DNA of 64,000 bases from Candidatus Hydrogenedentota bacterium (GTDB taxonomy: Bacteria > Hydrogenedentota > Hydrogenedentia > Hydrogenedentales > SLHB01): positions 192,001 to 256,000 of the forward strand of contig CAVUWV010000018.1 in assembly GCA_963745075.1 (NCBI GenBank), read 5' to 3'. Of this stretch, positions 52,825 through 63,150 are shown one piece after another; within the stretch, counting starts at the first letter, position 1; the number at the start of each line of letters is the position of its first letter. The position numbers were made by a program, and so were the translations under genes. The notes under the pieces are model-generated. The model made no database searches. It saw nothing but the letters and a program-made list of their open reading frames with translations, and was not told where the DNA came from.

Positions 52825-53931
52825 CTACTTCTGCTGATTCTTCGGCCAGAGGGAGTCCAGGATGGCCGCCTCATCAAACGAAATGTGCAGGATGGTCGTG
52901 CGATGGTTCGTGGTGCACACGATGTGGATCTTGCCGTCTTTCGTCTGGATGGCGTAGGGATACGCGTATGAATTCTCCCCGCCCATGATGTCCCGGCAAT
53001 GCGGATAGGTCTTGTCGTCATCCGTTGAAACCGCCACCGTCAGGGGCGTGCGCTCGTTCATGTCGTCGTTGTAAATCAACATCAAGTGCCCGTTCTGTAG
53101 ACGAAGAAACGCGACGGCGGAATTGGGGTTCGGGAATTGCGTATCAACCGCGTCCGACCACGTGTTCCCGCCGTCGTTCGATTCCGCACGCAGCAAATAC
53201 CCGGTCGTGGTGGGCTCGAAACTACCGCCGCGCCGGATATAGGCCACGAGATGCGTGTCGGATAACTGGGCCGGTTCGGCTTGCAGATTGCCCGTGGGCG
53301 AGTGGATTGTGTTCGTCTTGGTCCATGTCTTTTCCGTGGGGTTATACCGCATGAAGAAGGAGCCGGTGTCTTCCGCCGTGCGCTCGGTGTCTTCCCCGCG
53401 CTCCATGTACATGGGAACCAGATAGTCGCCGTTGTTCAGGACGATGGGTTTGCCGCGCGCCATGGATCCCTCTTCCATGAGGAACATGAACGAATCCGAC
53501 CACGTTTTGGCGCCGTCTTTCGAGATCTTCGCCTTCACGCGGGCGTTGGACCACGTGTCGCCGTAACGGTTCACGTAGAAAAGCCACACGATGCCGTCAG
53601 GCGCCTGCCAGACGACCGGATTCCCTTCGCCGCGGTCCGGCGTATCGGCAATGACTTCCGGGAAAGTCCAGTGCGTGTCACCCTTCACCAAACGCGAACC
53701 GTAAACGGCTGTATCGGCTTCGTATTCGCCGGACCCGCCATAGTAGGCGATGTAGAGGTCGCCGTTGTCCAATTCGGTGATTGACGCCGGGTGTTTATAC
53801 GGTCCCGGATGCTCGGGACCAAACACGCGCTCGCAGGTGATGCTCACTTTTAAGCGTTCCGCAATAGTCGGGTCTGCGTGAGCCGCGCACGCAACCAATA
53901 CACTCAAGACGAATACTGACACGGTCTTCAT
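52825..53931 (-). CDS. Sialidase/BNR-repeat family protein, secreted
   Basis: Asp-boxes SKDGAKTW, SNDGGNTW, STDDDKTY; PNPNS, RTPL, YAYP. Confidence 0.88.
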   Translation of the reverse strand: MKTVSVFVLSVLVACAAHADPTIAERLKVSITCERVFGPEHPGPYKHPASITELDNGDLYIAYYGGSGEYEADTAVYGSRLVKGDTHWTFPEVIADTPDRGEGNPVVWQAPDGIVWLFYVNRYGDTWSNARVKAKISKDGAKTWSDSFMFLMEEGSMARGKPIVLNNGDYLVPMYMERGEDTERTAEDTGSFFMRYNPTEKTWTKTNTIHSPTGNLQAEPAQLSDTHLVAYIRRGGSFEPTTTGYLLRAESNDGGNTWSDAVDTQFPNPNSAVAFLRLQNGHLMLIYNDDMNERTPLTVAVSTDDDKTYPHCRDIMGGENSYAYPYAIQTKDGKIHIVCTTNHRTTILHISFDEAAILDSLWPKNQQK

Positions 53932-54078
53932 TCGGTGACTCCTTTAGAGGTTTTCAATTTAATGAATGCATCCGTAAAGCATAGCGAGTTTCGGGTGCAA
54001 CGAGCAAGCCGAAAGCAGGCTGGAGACGGGAGATCGGAGGCTGGAGCAACGGAAATCCAACGTCCGTGTATGTCCGTG

Positions 54079-55617
54079 TCAGTCCGTGGCTACTATCGAT
54101 CGGCCTGGCTCCGCAATCGGCTCGGGCTCGGGATCCTGCCACGGTTCATCCGCATCGAGCCGCCATGCGGCCAGCGCGTCGCACCAATGACGCCAGCGAC
54201 CGGCGAGATTCGCCTGCGTTTCCGCGTAGCGCAGTTCGCCCGCGTGATTGCGGTCTTCAAGCGGGTTCTCGGCCAAGTCATAGAGTTCAGCATACCGCGG
54301 CTGCGGATCCACGTACCGGATATACTTCCACCGTTCCGTGCGAATGCCGTCGCTCGCGGGAATGACGGGTTCGCGCACGACGCCGAAATGATGTTCGAAG
54401 AAGCACTCCTGGCGCCAACGCGGATTGTGGCCATGCACCCACGGAGACAGGTCCCGGCCCTGGATGGCATTCGGGGTCGAAACCCCGGCCAACGTCAGCA
54501 TCGTCGGCGACATATCAATGTTGAGCGACATAGCGTCGCAGCGGCGTCCTTTCTTCCGGCTCGATACGCGCGGATCGCGGACGATGAGCGGCGCGCGGAT
54601 GGACTCTTCGTGTAATAGCCACTTTCCGGCCAAACCGCGTTCACCGTTGAAGACGCCCTGGTCGGAGGTAAAAATGACTATTGTGTTGTCGTCCACCCCC
54701 TTCTCGGCGAGGGTGTCCATAATGCGGCCCACTTCGCGGTCCACTCCGGAGATGAGGCGATAGTACCCCTTGACGGATCGTTGGTACGCTTCCGGCGTGG
54801 CAAATCGCATGTGCCAGCGGCGGCGTCCCTCCGAATCGCGGATGAATGCGGGGAAACGATTGTAGTAATAGGGCGCGTCCTTCGGCGGCGGTGGAATCTC
54901 GTCGTCGCGGTACATGGCATCCAACGCGGGATCGTACAGATACTGCCGAGGGTCCTGGTCCTGCACGTGGGACGCCTTGAAACTGACGGAGAGGCAGAAG
55001 GGCCCGTCTCCCGAGGATTGGATGAAATCCAGGGCCTTCCCGCCGAGCTTGGCGGTCAGGTGGGGGCTGCCATCCTCGCCATGGGCGTATTCGCCGGTCG
55101 CGTCCTTCTGAAAGTAGAATCCTTGCCCGGTAAACCCATCGAAGAAATCGAATTTGTCGACGGGAAGATCGCCCCCCAGTCCCCATTTCCCAATAAAGGC
55201 GGTGCGATATCCCGACTGCCGAAGCATGGCGGGATAGGTGATCCGGAAGAGATCGTCGGAGAGTGGCGTGGCGAAATCTTCGAGCCCATGACAGCGCGTG
55301 TGCAAGCCGGTAAAGATGCTGGCGCGGCTGGCGTAGCAAATCGGCGTCGTTGCGAAGTGGTTCATAAACAACGTGCCTTCGGCGGCGAGTATGTCCAGAT
55401 TCGGCGTCTGGATGATGGGATTGCCCATGCAGCCCAAGGCGTCCCAGCGCTGGTCGTCGGTCAGGAGGAACACGATGTTTGGACGTTTGTCCCCGGACCC
55501 AGCCATGCGTTGGGGCATCCCGGCACAGCCGAGTCCCATCGCGGCGGCGCCAAGCGCGGCGCTCTTGAGCACGTCGCGCCTTGTAATCTCCCCAGTTTTG
55601 CAATTCTTCTCCGCCAT
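54079..55617 (-). CDS. Tat-exported sulfatase
   Basis: TRRDVL signal; TDDQR, CYASR, GKW, SDQG, EESIRAP. Confidence 0.93.
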   Translation of the reverse strand: MAEKNCKTGEITRRDVLKSAALGAAAMGLGCAGMPQRMAGSGDKRPNIVFLLTDDQRWDALGCMGNPIIQTPNLDILAAEGTLFMNHFATTPICYASRASIFTGLHTRCHGLEDFATPLSDDLFRITYPAMLRQSGYRTAFIGKWGLGGDLPVDKFDFFDGFTGQGFYFQKDATGEYAHGEDGSPHLTAKLGGKALDFIQSSGDGPFCLSVSFKASHVQDQDPRQYLYDPALDAMYRDDEIPPPPKDAPYYYNRFPAFIRDSEGRRRWHMRFATPEAYQRSVKGYYRLISGVDREVGRIMDTLAEKGVDDNTIVIFTSDQGVFNGERGLAGKWLLHEESIRAPLIVRDPRVSSRKKGRRCDAMSLNIDMSPTMLTLAGVSTPNAIQGRDLSPWVHGHNPRWRQECFFEHHFGVVREPVIPASDGIRTERWKYIRYVDPQPRYAELYDLAENPLEDRNHAGELRYAETQANLAGRWRHWCDALAAWRLDADEPWQDPEPEPIAEPGRSIVATD

Positions 55618-55631
55618 GCGTCTCCCCCTTC

Positions 55632-56219
55632 TTACTTCAGTTCGTTGAGTTCGCGCTCGTAGTCCTCGGGGGTATCCATATCTCGAAGCACTCCCGGCAA
55701 TTCCACCGGCAACCGGTGCACGCGCTCCGGGTGGCCGTAGATAAGCCCACGTAATCCTGTGTCGTCGAAATTCGTCAAGACTTCATCGCGATATGCCGTC
55801 GAGATCACAATCGGATGCCCGGTGTCGTCGTCGTAGAGCGGGACGACGATGCCCTTCTCGACCGCCCGGAAACCATCGATCAAGTGATTGACGAGCGCAC
55901 TGCTAATCGAAGGCTGATCGCCGAGCACCACCATGAAGCCTTTCGCTTCGGCCGGCACGGACTGCAACCCGGCACGTATCGACGTCAGCATGCCATCCTT
56001 ATATTGCCTATTCTCCACCAAGGTCACCGGTTTGCCCAGCACCGCGGCCTCCACAGCCTGTACGTCGTGGCCGGTGACGACAATCGTCTGGGCCACTTCG
56101 CTCGCAAGCACTTCGCTCACGATGCGATCGATGACCGTCGTGTCGCCGTAGGGTAACAGAAGCTTTTGACGGCCCATGCGGCGTGATTCACCGGCAGCCA
56201 AGACAATCGCGGATATCAT
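55632..56219 (-). CDS. mocA: Molybdenum cofactor cytidylyltransferase-like NTP transferase
   Basis: LAAGESRRMG..KLLL, LGDQP, GHP, DMDTPEDY; next to xdhC. Confidence 0.85.
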   Translation of the reverse strand: MISAIVLAAGESRRMGRQKLLLPYGDTTVIDRIVSEVLASEVAQTIVVTGHDVQAVEAAVLGKPVTLVENRQYKDGMLTSIRAGLQSVPAEAKGFMVVLGDQPSISSALVNHLIDGFRAVEKGIVVPLYDDDTGHPIVISTAYRDEVLTNFDDTGLRGLIYGHPERVHRLPVELPGVLRDMDTPEDYERELNELK

Positions 56220-57271
56220 GACGGCACAAACTCCGCCATGGGTTTGACCGGACCGGATTTCTTCCGCCGGACCGCAACGAGTTCCGCCGCGATGCTCACC
56301 GCGATCTCTTCGACAGACAAGGCGCCGATATTGAGTCCCACCGGTGCATGCACCCGCTCGAAATCTGCCACCGTGGCGATTCCGTCATCGATGAATCCTT
56401 TGCGGATGACGTGCACTTTCCGGCGGCTGCCGATCATGCCGATGTAGGCCGCTGGGGAATGAATGCATTCCTTCAAGACAACGCCATCGTGCCGGTGTCC
56501 GCGCGTGACAATAAGGATATAGGTCATCGAATTGATGGGGAACGCGGCAACTTCTTTAGGGATGTCGCCGCAGACGGTGCGCACCCCGTCGGGATAGAGC
56601 AACGCCTGAGTAAACGCGGGCCGGTCATCCACAACGACCACCTCGAAGCCCAGCCACGACGCAAGCCGCGCGGTTGCCTGTCCCACGTGGCCGCCACCCG
56701 CAATGAGCAGGGTTGGCGTTCGCTCGATGGGTTCGAGATAGTAGGAGTGATCGTCGACTGCAACAAGCTGGGGACGGCCCTTGTCCAGGCACGCCTGCAC
56801 TTGATCCGCGCTGAGGCCAATCTCGCCCGGGACGGCAGCGCCCTCTTCCCAGCATCGCGCGATTCCGAGGTTTTCGGCCGGCCCCTGCGCGAGAATGATA
56901 AGCACGCCGCGTCGGCTTTCGTTAATGAGCGAGGCTGCTTGCCCGAACGCCTCCCGGTTCTTCGCGGGTGCGGGATCGATGAAGACTTGGACATTGCCGC
57001 CGCAAATGAGGCCGTCATCCCAGCCGTAATCGTCGTCGAGTCGCAAGTCGAAGAGGAGCGGTAGAGCGCTGTCCAACGCATCCAGCGCCCGCTTGCGCGA
57101 CTCGGCCTCGAGGCAGCCGCCGCCCAGCGTTCCGTGAATCGCACCGGTCGGCTCGAAGATCGCCTTTGCGCCGGCCTTCTGCGGCGTCGACCCCGTGGCG
57201 GTGACCACGGCGGCAAATGCGAAGGGGGCGTCGGCGTGGATGAGGGTGGTTAGTTTTGAATAGAAGTTCAT
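56216..57271 (-). CDS. xdhC: XdhC/CoxI molybdoenzyme maturation factor
   Basis: GSTP, GTLGGGCLE, CGG, GGGHVG, DDR, TRGH..D, YIGMIGSRRK, PVGL.IGA...EEIAVSI.AE. Confidence 0.93.
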   Translation of the reverse strand: MNFYSKLTTLIHADAPFAFAAVVTATGSTPQKAGAKAIFEPTGAIHGTLGGGCLEAESRKRALDALDSALPLLFDLRLDDDYGWDDGLICGGNVQVFIDPAPAKNREAFGQAASLINESRRGVLIILAQGPAENLGIARCWEEGAAVPGEIGLSADQVQACLDKGRPQLVAVDDHSYYLEPIERTPTLLIAGGGHVGQATARLASWLGFEVVVVDDRPAFTQALLYPDGVRTVCGDIPKEVAAFPINSMTYILIVTRGHRHDGVVLKECIHSPAAYIGMIGSRRKVHVIRKGFIDDGIATVADFERVHAPVGLNIGALSVEEIAVSIAAELVAVRRKKSGPVKPMAEFVPS

Positions 57272-57338
57272 GTATGGGCCTGTTTGTTTACGCGATCATC
57301 AGTCTACGGGCGATTGGGCGCGGTATCAAGGGGGATTG

Positions 57339-57409
57339 ATGGACTATTGGACTATATGGACTATATGGACTATATGGACTATATGGACAGTATGGACGGA
57401 ATGGACAAG
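57339..57409 (+). repeat. 9-bp tandem repeat ATGGACNNN (~8 units)
   Basis: ATGGACTAT x3 perfect plus variants; reverse-complement array at 57944-58003. Confidence 0.9.
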
Positions 57410-57487
57410 GTAAGGCTGAGGCAGCAACTACTGGAAAACCGCAATGGTTTGGCATTTTGTGCTAGACTTGGGCGGAAGGGTGAGAAT

Positions 57488-58163
57488 ATGCACAGGGACG
57501 AACCGCTGATTCCCAAACATGGCGGCTACCGGAAGCTCAAGAGTTTTCAGGTTGCTCAGTTGGTTTACGACGTGACGGTACGCTTTTGCGATCGGTACGT
57601 GGATGGCCGAAGCCGAACGCGGGATCAGATGACACAGGCGGCACGATCGGGTGTGCAGAACATCGCGGAGGGATCGCAGGCGTCCGGGACTTCCAAGAAG
57701 ACCGAACTGAAGCTCACGGGCGTGGCTAGGGCAAGCTTGGAGGAGTTGAGGCTAGATTATGAGGACTTCTTGCGGCAGCGAGGACTGCCGTTGTGGCTAG
57801 AAGACGACCCACGACGTTCGATCCCTTGTAGACGAGCGATGCGCGTCGGCGGATGAAGTGGCCGAGTGGGTAAAGCAAGTACACCACGGCACACTGCCAG
57901 GACCAAGTGTGGACCTCACGCAATCCACTGCAACCCGCCAAGAGTCTATGTCGTCCAGATCGTCCATTCCGTCCATATCGTCTATACCGTCCATCAAGTC
58001 CACCTACCCCGAAATCGCTGCCAACGCCACACTTATCCTCATCGGCGTTGCGTGCAGTCTGCTGGACCGCCAACTACAGGCTCAAGGCGACGCCTTCAAG
58101 ACCCAGGGCGGCTTCACCGAGCACCTCTATCGCACCCGAAAACGCGCGAAAGACGACGATTAA
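57488..58163 (+). CDS. Four helix bundle protein with suffix domain; frameshift near 57824
   Basis: HGGYRKL.SFQ, RTRDQM.QAARSG.QNIAEGS, VARASLEEL..DYEDFLRQR; PEIAAN...LLDRQL...F...GGFTE.LYR.R. Confidence 0.88.
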
Positions 58164-58315
58164 TCCCAGTTGCAGAAACCCGTGCCGGATGCTAAGGTGA
58201 ATGGCGCAGTCAGGGTCTAGCGGTAGGTGCTATAGGGTGCGCAGTTCTTCCGAAGTGCGTATCCCCATTCTTTTGACCGCTGTACCCACAATTCGCAACG
58301 CTGGAGGGTTTTCGT

Positions 58316-58945
58316 ATGCCGACTCATGACAAGCCGGAGGGGCGGTCGGGATTGTCCCGGCGCGGATTCCTCAAGACGGTCGGAGCCGGTACGGTCGCCG
58401 GCGGCCTGGTCCGTGAACAGGCCGGTCCCGCTACCGTGGCCGCACAGGGTCCCGAGGTCGCCGGACCCGGAGCCGTCTCGATCAAACTCACCATCAATGG
58501 AAAGGTCCAATCGCTGAAGGTGGAACCGCGCGTGACGCTTTTGGATGCGCTCCGGAACCACCTGGACCTTACGGGCAGCAAGAAAGTCTGCGACCGCGGC
58601 ACCTGTGGCGCGTGCACGGTGTTACTCGACGGCAAGCCGGTGTACGCCTGTACACTGTTGGCCGTCGAAGCGGTGGGACACCAGATCACGACCATCGAAG
58701 GGTTGGGCACGCCGGAAGCGTTGAGTCCTTTGCAGAGCGCGTTCGTGGAGCACGATGCCCAACAGTGCGGGTTCTGCACGCCCGGCTTCGTCGTAGCGTG
58801 CACGGCCTTTGTCCAAGACCATCCGAATGCGACGCTGGACGAAGTCCGCCAGGGGCTCGGCGGCAATCTGTGCCGGTGTGGGACGTACCACGGCATCACC
58901 GAAGCCGTGCTGGAAGTCGCCAAGGGCGCGAAAGGAGGTGCGTGA
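58316..58945 (+). CDS. 2Fe-2S subunit of Xdh/PaoA-like oxidoreductase with Tat signal
   Basis: SRRGFLK; CDRGTCGACTV, C, QCGFC, NLCRC. Confidence 0.95.
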   Translation: MPTHDKPEGRSGLSRRGFLKTVGAGTVAGGLVREQAGPATVAAQGPEVAGPGAVSIKLTINGKVQSLKVEPRVTLLDALRNHLDLTGSKKVCDRGTCGACTVLLDGKPVYACTLLAVEAVGHQITTIEGLGTPEALSPLQSAFVEHDAQQCGFCTPGFVVACTAFVQDHPNATLDEVRQGLGGNLCRCGTYHGITEAVLEVAKGAKGGA

Positions 58946-61083
58946 TGGCAAAGAACGCATGGCCTCCAGCGGATAGGCGCGAACTCATCGGGGATCGGAT
59001 CAGCCGCCTCGACGGTCCCGCCAAAGCTACTGGACACGCCAAATACGCGTACGACATGAATCGTCCGGGAATACTCTACGTGCGGCTCGTTTGGGCTCCC
59101 TACGGCGCGGCCACGATCCAATCCATCGACAGCAACGCGGCAAAAGCGATACCCGGTGTCGTGGGCATTTGGAATGAGATGAATGAGGGCGACGAGATCA
59201 AGTACGCGGGCCAGATCATCGCTTCAGTCGCCGCAACGTCCGAAGAAGTCGCACACGAGGCCGCCCGCGCCGTCAAGATCGCCTACGACGTGCAGCAGCC
59301 GCAGATGGACGACACAAAACTCGCCAACGCCGAAGATAAAGAGCAACGGGACGAGATCCCGGACGCGGCAACGGTCGATAAAGCGTATGCGGACGCCGAG
59401 GTGAAGAGCGAGGGCCATTACGGTCTCGCGCCCATCACCCATTGCTGCATGGAATCACACGGTCAAACCGCCGAGATGAAAGATGGCGACATGAATGTCT
59501 GGCCGTCGACGCAGAACGTGTCCTCCTATGCCGCGGGGATCACGGACGCAGCCGGCTTGCCCGCCAGCCAGATCCATGTGGACTGCCAATACATGGGCGG
59601 CGGATTCGGTTCCAAGTTTTCGTCGGACCAGTGGGGCAGCATCTGCTCGCGCATCACGAAGGAGACCGGCAAGGCCGTCAAGCTGATGCTCGAACGCGAC
59701 CAGGATCTGATGGTCGCGGGCGCACGCCCGTCGGCCTTCGCGAATGTGAAAGCCGGTGCGTCGAAAGACGGAAAGATTACCGTTTTCGATGCGACCTCGT
59801 GGGGTTCCGGCGGTATGGGAACATCGCGCGGACTCGGTATCCCGTACGTTTTCGAGAATGTGCCGAACATTCGCCGGGTGGCGCGCAGCGTGCGCACCAA
59901 TCGCGGTTCCCAGCGTGCCTGGCGCGCTCCGGGTCATCCCCAGGCCTGCCTCGTTACGATGGCGGCGCTGGACGATCTGGCCGCGGCCGCGGGAGTGGAC
60001 GCGCTCGAATTCTTCCTGAAGAATCTCGATCTCACGGACCAGCCCAATGTCTACCGTGAGGAGCTGCAGATTGCCGCGGACACGATCGACTACAAGAACA
60101 AGGCGCATATGCGCGGCGACCCCACCCCCGGACCGCTCAAGCGCGGGCTGGGCATTTCGATGCACAAATGGGGCGGCGGCGGGCACAAGTCCGAGTGCAA
60201 CTGCGCGATCAATCCCGACGGTTCGGTCTCCGTTTCGCTAGGTACGCAGGATCTCGGTACCGGAACGCGCACCGTCGTGGGAATCGTCACGGCCGAAACG
60301 CTAGGCCTTCCGCTGGAACGGATTCAGGTCAATATCGGCCGGAATGCGTATCCCCCATCCGGCGCTTCGGGCGGCAGTACGACCGTGGGCGGCGTGTCGT
60401 CGTCATCGCGGGATGCAGCCACTAACGCTTTGAATATGCTGTTGGAGAAGGCGGCGCCGGTGCTCGGCGTATCGGTCGGCGAACTCGAAGCGCGGGACGG
60501 CAAGATTCAGGTTATCGCCGACCCGAGCAAATCCATGACCTGGGAGAAAGCGTGCAGTCTGCTCGGGCAGATTCCGATTACCGGCAAGGGCAGCAAGCCC
60601 ACGTCGGACGGTACGCAGTTGGACAACAGCGGCGTCGGCGGTGTGCAGATGGCAGATGTGACGGTGGACACGGAAACGGGCCGCGTCACCATGAACGAAT
60701 TCGTCGCGGTGCAGGATTGCGGTCTGATCATCGACCTCAAGACCGCCGAGAGCCAGGTCTACGGGGCCATGATCATGGGCGTCACGTATGCGCTTCACGA
60801 AGAGTGCATCTACGACCCGGTGACGGGACGCATGCTCAATCCGGACATGGAATTCTACAAGCTGGCCGGCCTGGCTGACGTGGGCACGTTGAAGGTCCAT
60901 ATGATGACCGGACCCGGCTACGACGAGCGCGGCGTGATTGGGTTGGGCGAACCGCCGGTGATTTCGCCCGGTGCGGCGATTTCCAATGCGGTCGCGAACG
61001 CGTGCGGTGTGCGCGTATCGACACTCCCGTTGACGCCGGACAAGGTCATCGCCGCCCTGGAGCAAGGAGGTAAACTCGCATGA
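58945..61083 (+). CDS. Molybdopterin-binding subunit (Xdh/PaoC-like)
   Basis: KATG.A.Y, GGGFGSK, WRAPG, QDLGTG, GGS, GLGEPP; AGGAGG RBS. Confidence 0.95.
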   Translation: MAKNAWPPADRRELIGDRISRLDGPAKATGHAKYAYDMNRPGILYVRLVWAPYGAATIQSIDSNAAKAIPGVVGIWNEMNEGDEIKYAGQIIASVAATSEEVAHEAARAVKIAYDVQQPQMDDTKLANAEDKEQRDEIPDAATVDKAYADAEVKSEGHYGLAPITHCCMESHGQTAEMKDGDMNVWPSTQNVSSYAAGITDAAGLPASQIHVDCQYMGGGFGSKFSSDQWGSICSRITKETGKAVKLMLERDQDLMVAGARPSAFANVKAGASKDGKITVFDATSWGSGGMGTSRGLGIPYVFENVPNIRRVARSVRTNRGSQRAWRAPGHPQACLVTMAALDDLAAAAGVDALEFFLKNLDLTDQPNVYREELQIAADTIDYKNKAHMRGDPTPGPLKRGLGISMHKWGGGGHKSECNCAINPDGSVSVSLGTQDLGTGTRTVVGIVTAETLGLPLERIQVNIGRNAYPPSGASGGSTTVGGVSSSSRDAATNALNMLLEKAAPVLGVSVGELEARDGKIQVIADPSKSMTWEKACSLLGQIPITGKGSKPTSDGTQLDNSGVGGVQMADVTVDTETGRVTMNEFVAVQDCGLIIDLKTAESQVYGAMIMGVTYALHEECIYDPVTGRMLNPDMEFYKLAGLADVGTLKVHMMTGPGYDERGVIGLGEPPVISPGAAISNAVANACGVRVSTLPLTPDKVIAALEQGGKLA

Positions 61084-62057
61084 AATCCTTTGAATATGCG
61101 ACCCCGGAACGTCTGGACGACGCGCTGACCCTGCTCTCCTCCGGTTCGGAAAAGGCCGTCGTGCTTGCGGGCGGTACGGATCTCGTCACGTCCATGAAGC
61201 AGGGCATCATGGCACCGACCCGCGTAGTCAGTCTTAAGGCCATCAACGAACTACAAGGTATCGAGAAGAACGGCGACACCGTCAAAGTCGGCGCGATGAC
61301 GTTGCTGGCGGATTTGGCGTCCGACGACACCGTCGCAAAACTCTACCCGGCGCTGGTGACGGCGGTGAAGAAGATCGGCAGCCACCAGATCATAAACATG
61401 GGCACGGTCGGCGGCGATTTGTGCCAGTATCCGCGTTGCTGGTACTACCGCAACGGTTTCGGGCTGTTCGGCATGGAGAACGGCCAGGAACTGATTCCCG
61501 GCGGCGAGAACAAGTATCACGCCATCTTCGGGAACGACGGACCGGCAAAGTATGTCAGCGCGTCGAGTCTTGGCCCGGTATTGGTGGCACTTGGCGCGAC
61601 TGTAACCGTCCGGGGGGCCGATAACCAGTCCCGCGACATCCCTGCCAACGAGTTCTTCAAAACACCAAAGGCGGTCGAAGATGGAATCACGGCAGCCAGA
61701 CCCACCGAAATCGTGACGCATATCAACTTCCCGGAAAAAGCGACCAGCAACGCCACTTACGAGGTCCGCGAACGGGAAGGGCTGGATTGGCCATTGGTGA
61801 CCGCCACAGTCGTCTATACGGACGACGGTGGAAAGGCATCGGATACGCGCGTGGTGCTGGGTCATGTCGCGCCGGTTCCGTGGATCGCCACCGGTGCGGC
61901 ACAGGCGCTGGAAGGGAACGCGGTGGACGAGTCTACCGCTGCTGCTGCGGGTGCTGCGGCGACACAAGGCGCCACACCGTTGAGCAAGAACGGATACAAA
62001 GTCCAACTCGTGAAAGTTGCCGTGAAGCGTGCCGCGCTGGCGGCGGCAAACGCCTGA
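61080..62057 (+). CDS. FAD-binding subunit (PaoB/CoxM-like)
   Basis: LAGGTDL, GTVGGDLCQ.PRCWYYR, LG.VAP.PW, PLSKNGYK. Confidence 0.93.
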   Translation: MKSFEYATPERLDDALTLLSSGSEKAVVLAGGTDLVTSMKQGIMAPTRVVSLKAINELQGIEKNGDTVKVGAMTLLADLASDDTVAKLYPALVTAVKKIGSHQIINMGTVGGDLCQYPRCWYYRNGFGLFGMENGQELIPGGENKYHAIFGNDGPAKYVSASSLGPVLVALGATVTVRGADNQSRDIPANEFFKTPKAVEDGITAARPTEIVTHINFPEKATSNATYEVREREGLDWPLVTATVVYTDDGGKASDTRVVLGHVAPVPWIATGAAQALEGNAVDESTAAAAGAAATQGATPLSKNGYKVQLVKVAVKRAALAAANA

Positions 62058-62082
62058 CCGGGCAATTCGGGAGGTACCCACG

Positions 62083-62286
62083 ATGTCGAACGCAGGGCCG
62101 GGAAATCAATTCCCCTGTAAACATATACGCTCCAAAGAGATGTACTATCAGGCCGACCAGACTGATGGAGATCAGTACTCCGGCGGAATCTACTGGTGCG
62201 CAAAGAGCCATGAGACCTTCGGGCCGGACGGTGAGCCGGTGGACCGGTCGGAATGTACGCCAAGCCGCGCGTGTTTCGAGGAGTAG
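62083..62286 (+). CDS. Small four-Cys protein (67 aa)
   Basis: GGAGG RBS; C..RSKEMY...YWC...FGPDG...C...RAC. Confidence 0.75.
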   Translation: MSNAGPGNQFPCKHIRSKEMYYQADQTDGDQYSGGIYWCAKSHETFGPDGEPVDRSECTPSRACFEE

Positions 62287-62349
62287 CTGCAAGTGTAACC
62301 GCGCACGCCGCGCGGGGGTATGCGTACTCACCGAAATGGAGGCTCTGTC

Positions 62350-63030
62350 ATGAAATTCACGGCAATCGTTGCCGCTTTGGCTTTGGTGCTGTTCACCAGT
62401 GTAACGCTGGACACCACCGGTGACGATGCGGTCCAGGGAAAATATGTCGAGACCCGCTCGTGCGACGTGTACACGGGGCCGTGCTTCGCGAACGGCGAAG
62501 TGGGCGTTACGGGAACGGAAGCGATCCTGACGTGGTCGGTCGATCGCGGGAAATGGGACGGCGTTTCGTTGGATGGATTGAACGTAATCGCTGTTATTCA
62601 TTCGACCAACACGCTGGGCAATCCGTATCAAACGCCGCTGCCCGCGAAGTCGGTGCTGATCGTCGATTCTCACGCGACCAAGACACAGCGGGAAGCCTTG
62701 ACGGACATGGCCAAGGATCTCAGCGGCAATCTGACCGAAGACGTTGTCGAGGTAAAGATCGCTCCGATCACGACGAGCATCGGTACCTGCGATAAGTCCG
62801 GTTGTGCGCGCGTTAAAGCGGATGGACTGGTCGAAGTTGCGACGCGCTGCCTCGCCAGCAAGGACGAGATCTGTGGCAATGAGAACACGTTCTATCCTCC
62901 GTTGACCGCGGTAGACCATGCGATGCCCGCGTACACGAACGTGGCCAGCTACGAGGGTAACGGGCTGGGCATCACGTTCAAGAACCTGGATCGGCGCAGC
63001 GCATTCCTTGCCACGTTCTCGCACTCGTAA
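62350..63030 (+). CDS. DUF1326-like secreted Cys-containing protein
   Basis: Signal peptide; G.YVETRSCDVYTGPCFANGE, CGNE..FYPPL; GGAGG RBS. Confidence 0.7.
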   Translation: MKFTAIVAALALVLFTSVTLDTTGDDAVQGKYVETRSCDVYTGPCFANGEVGVTGTEAILTWSVDRGKWDGVSLDGLNVIAVIHSTNTLGNPYQTPLPAKSVLIVDSHATKTQREALTDMAKDLSGNLTEDVVEVKIAPITTSIGTCDKSGCARVKADGLVEVATRCLASKDEICGNENTFYPPLTAVDHAMPAYTNVASYEGNGLGITFKNLDRRSAFLATFSHS

Positions 63031-63061
63031 TCGACGGATTGAGCCTGTATTCTGGGAGTTT

Positions 63062-63093
63062 GGAGGCCCGCAGGGGCGCCGGGCTCCTTTTTT
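63062..63093 (+). terminator. Rho-independent terminator
   Basis: GGAGGCCCG...CGGGCTCC imperfect stem followed by T7. Confidence 0.65.
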
Positions 63094-63150
63094 GTCCGGA
63101 ACACCCTTGAATGGACAACGCAGAACGCAGTGACGAAAGGAGATAGTGTA

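Noticed and set aside
57339..57409. Possible CRISPR array (also 5990-6137, 8944-8973)
   Set aside because: Units are 6-10 bp with no unique spacers and no cas genes.
57488..58163. Diversity-generating retroelement (Avd-like gene; FGE-sulfatase fold as target)
   Set aside because: No reverse transcriptase in the window and no template/variable repeat pair noticed.
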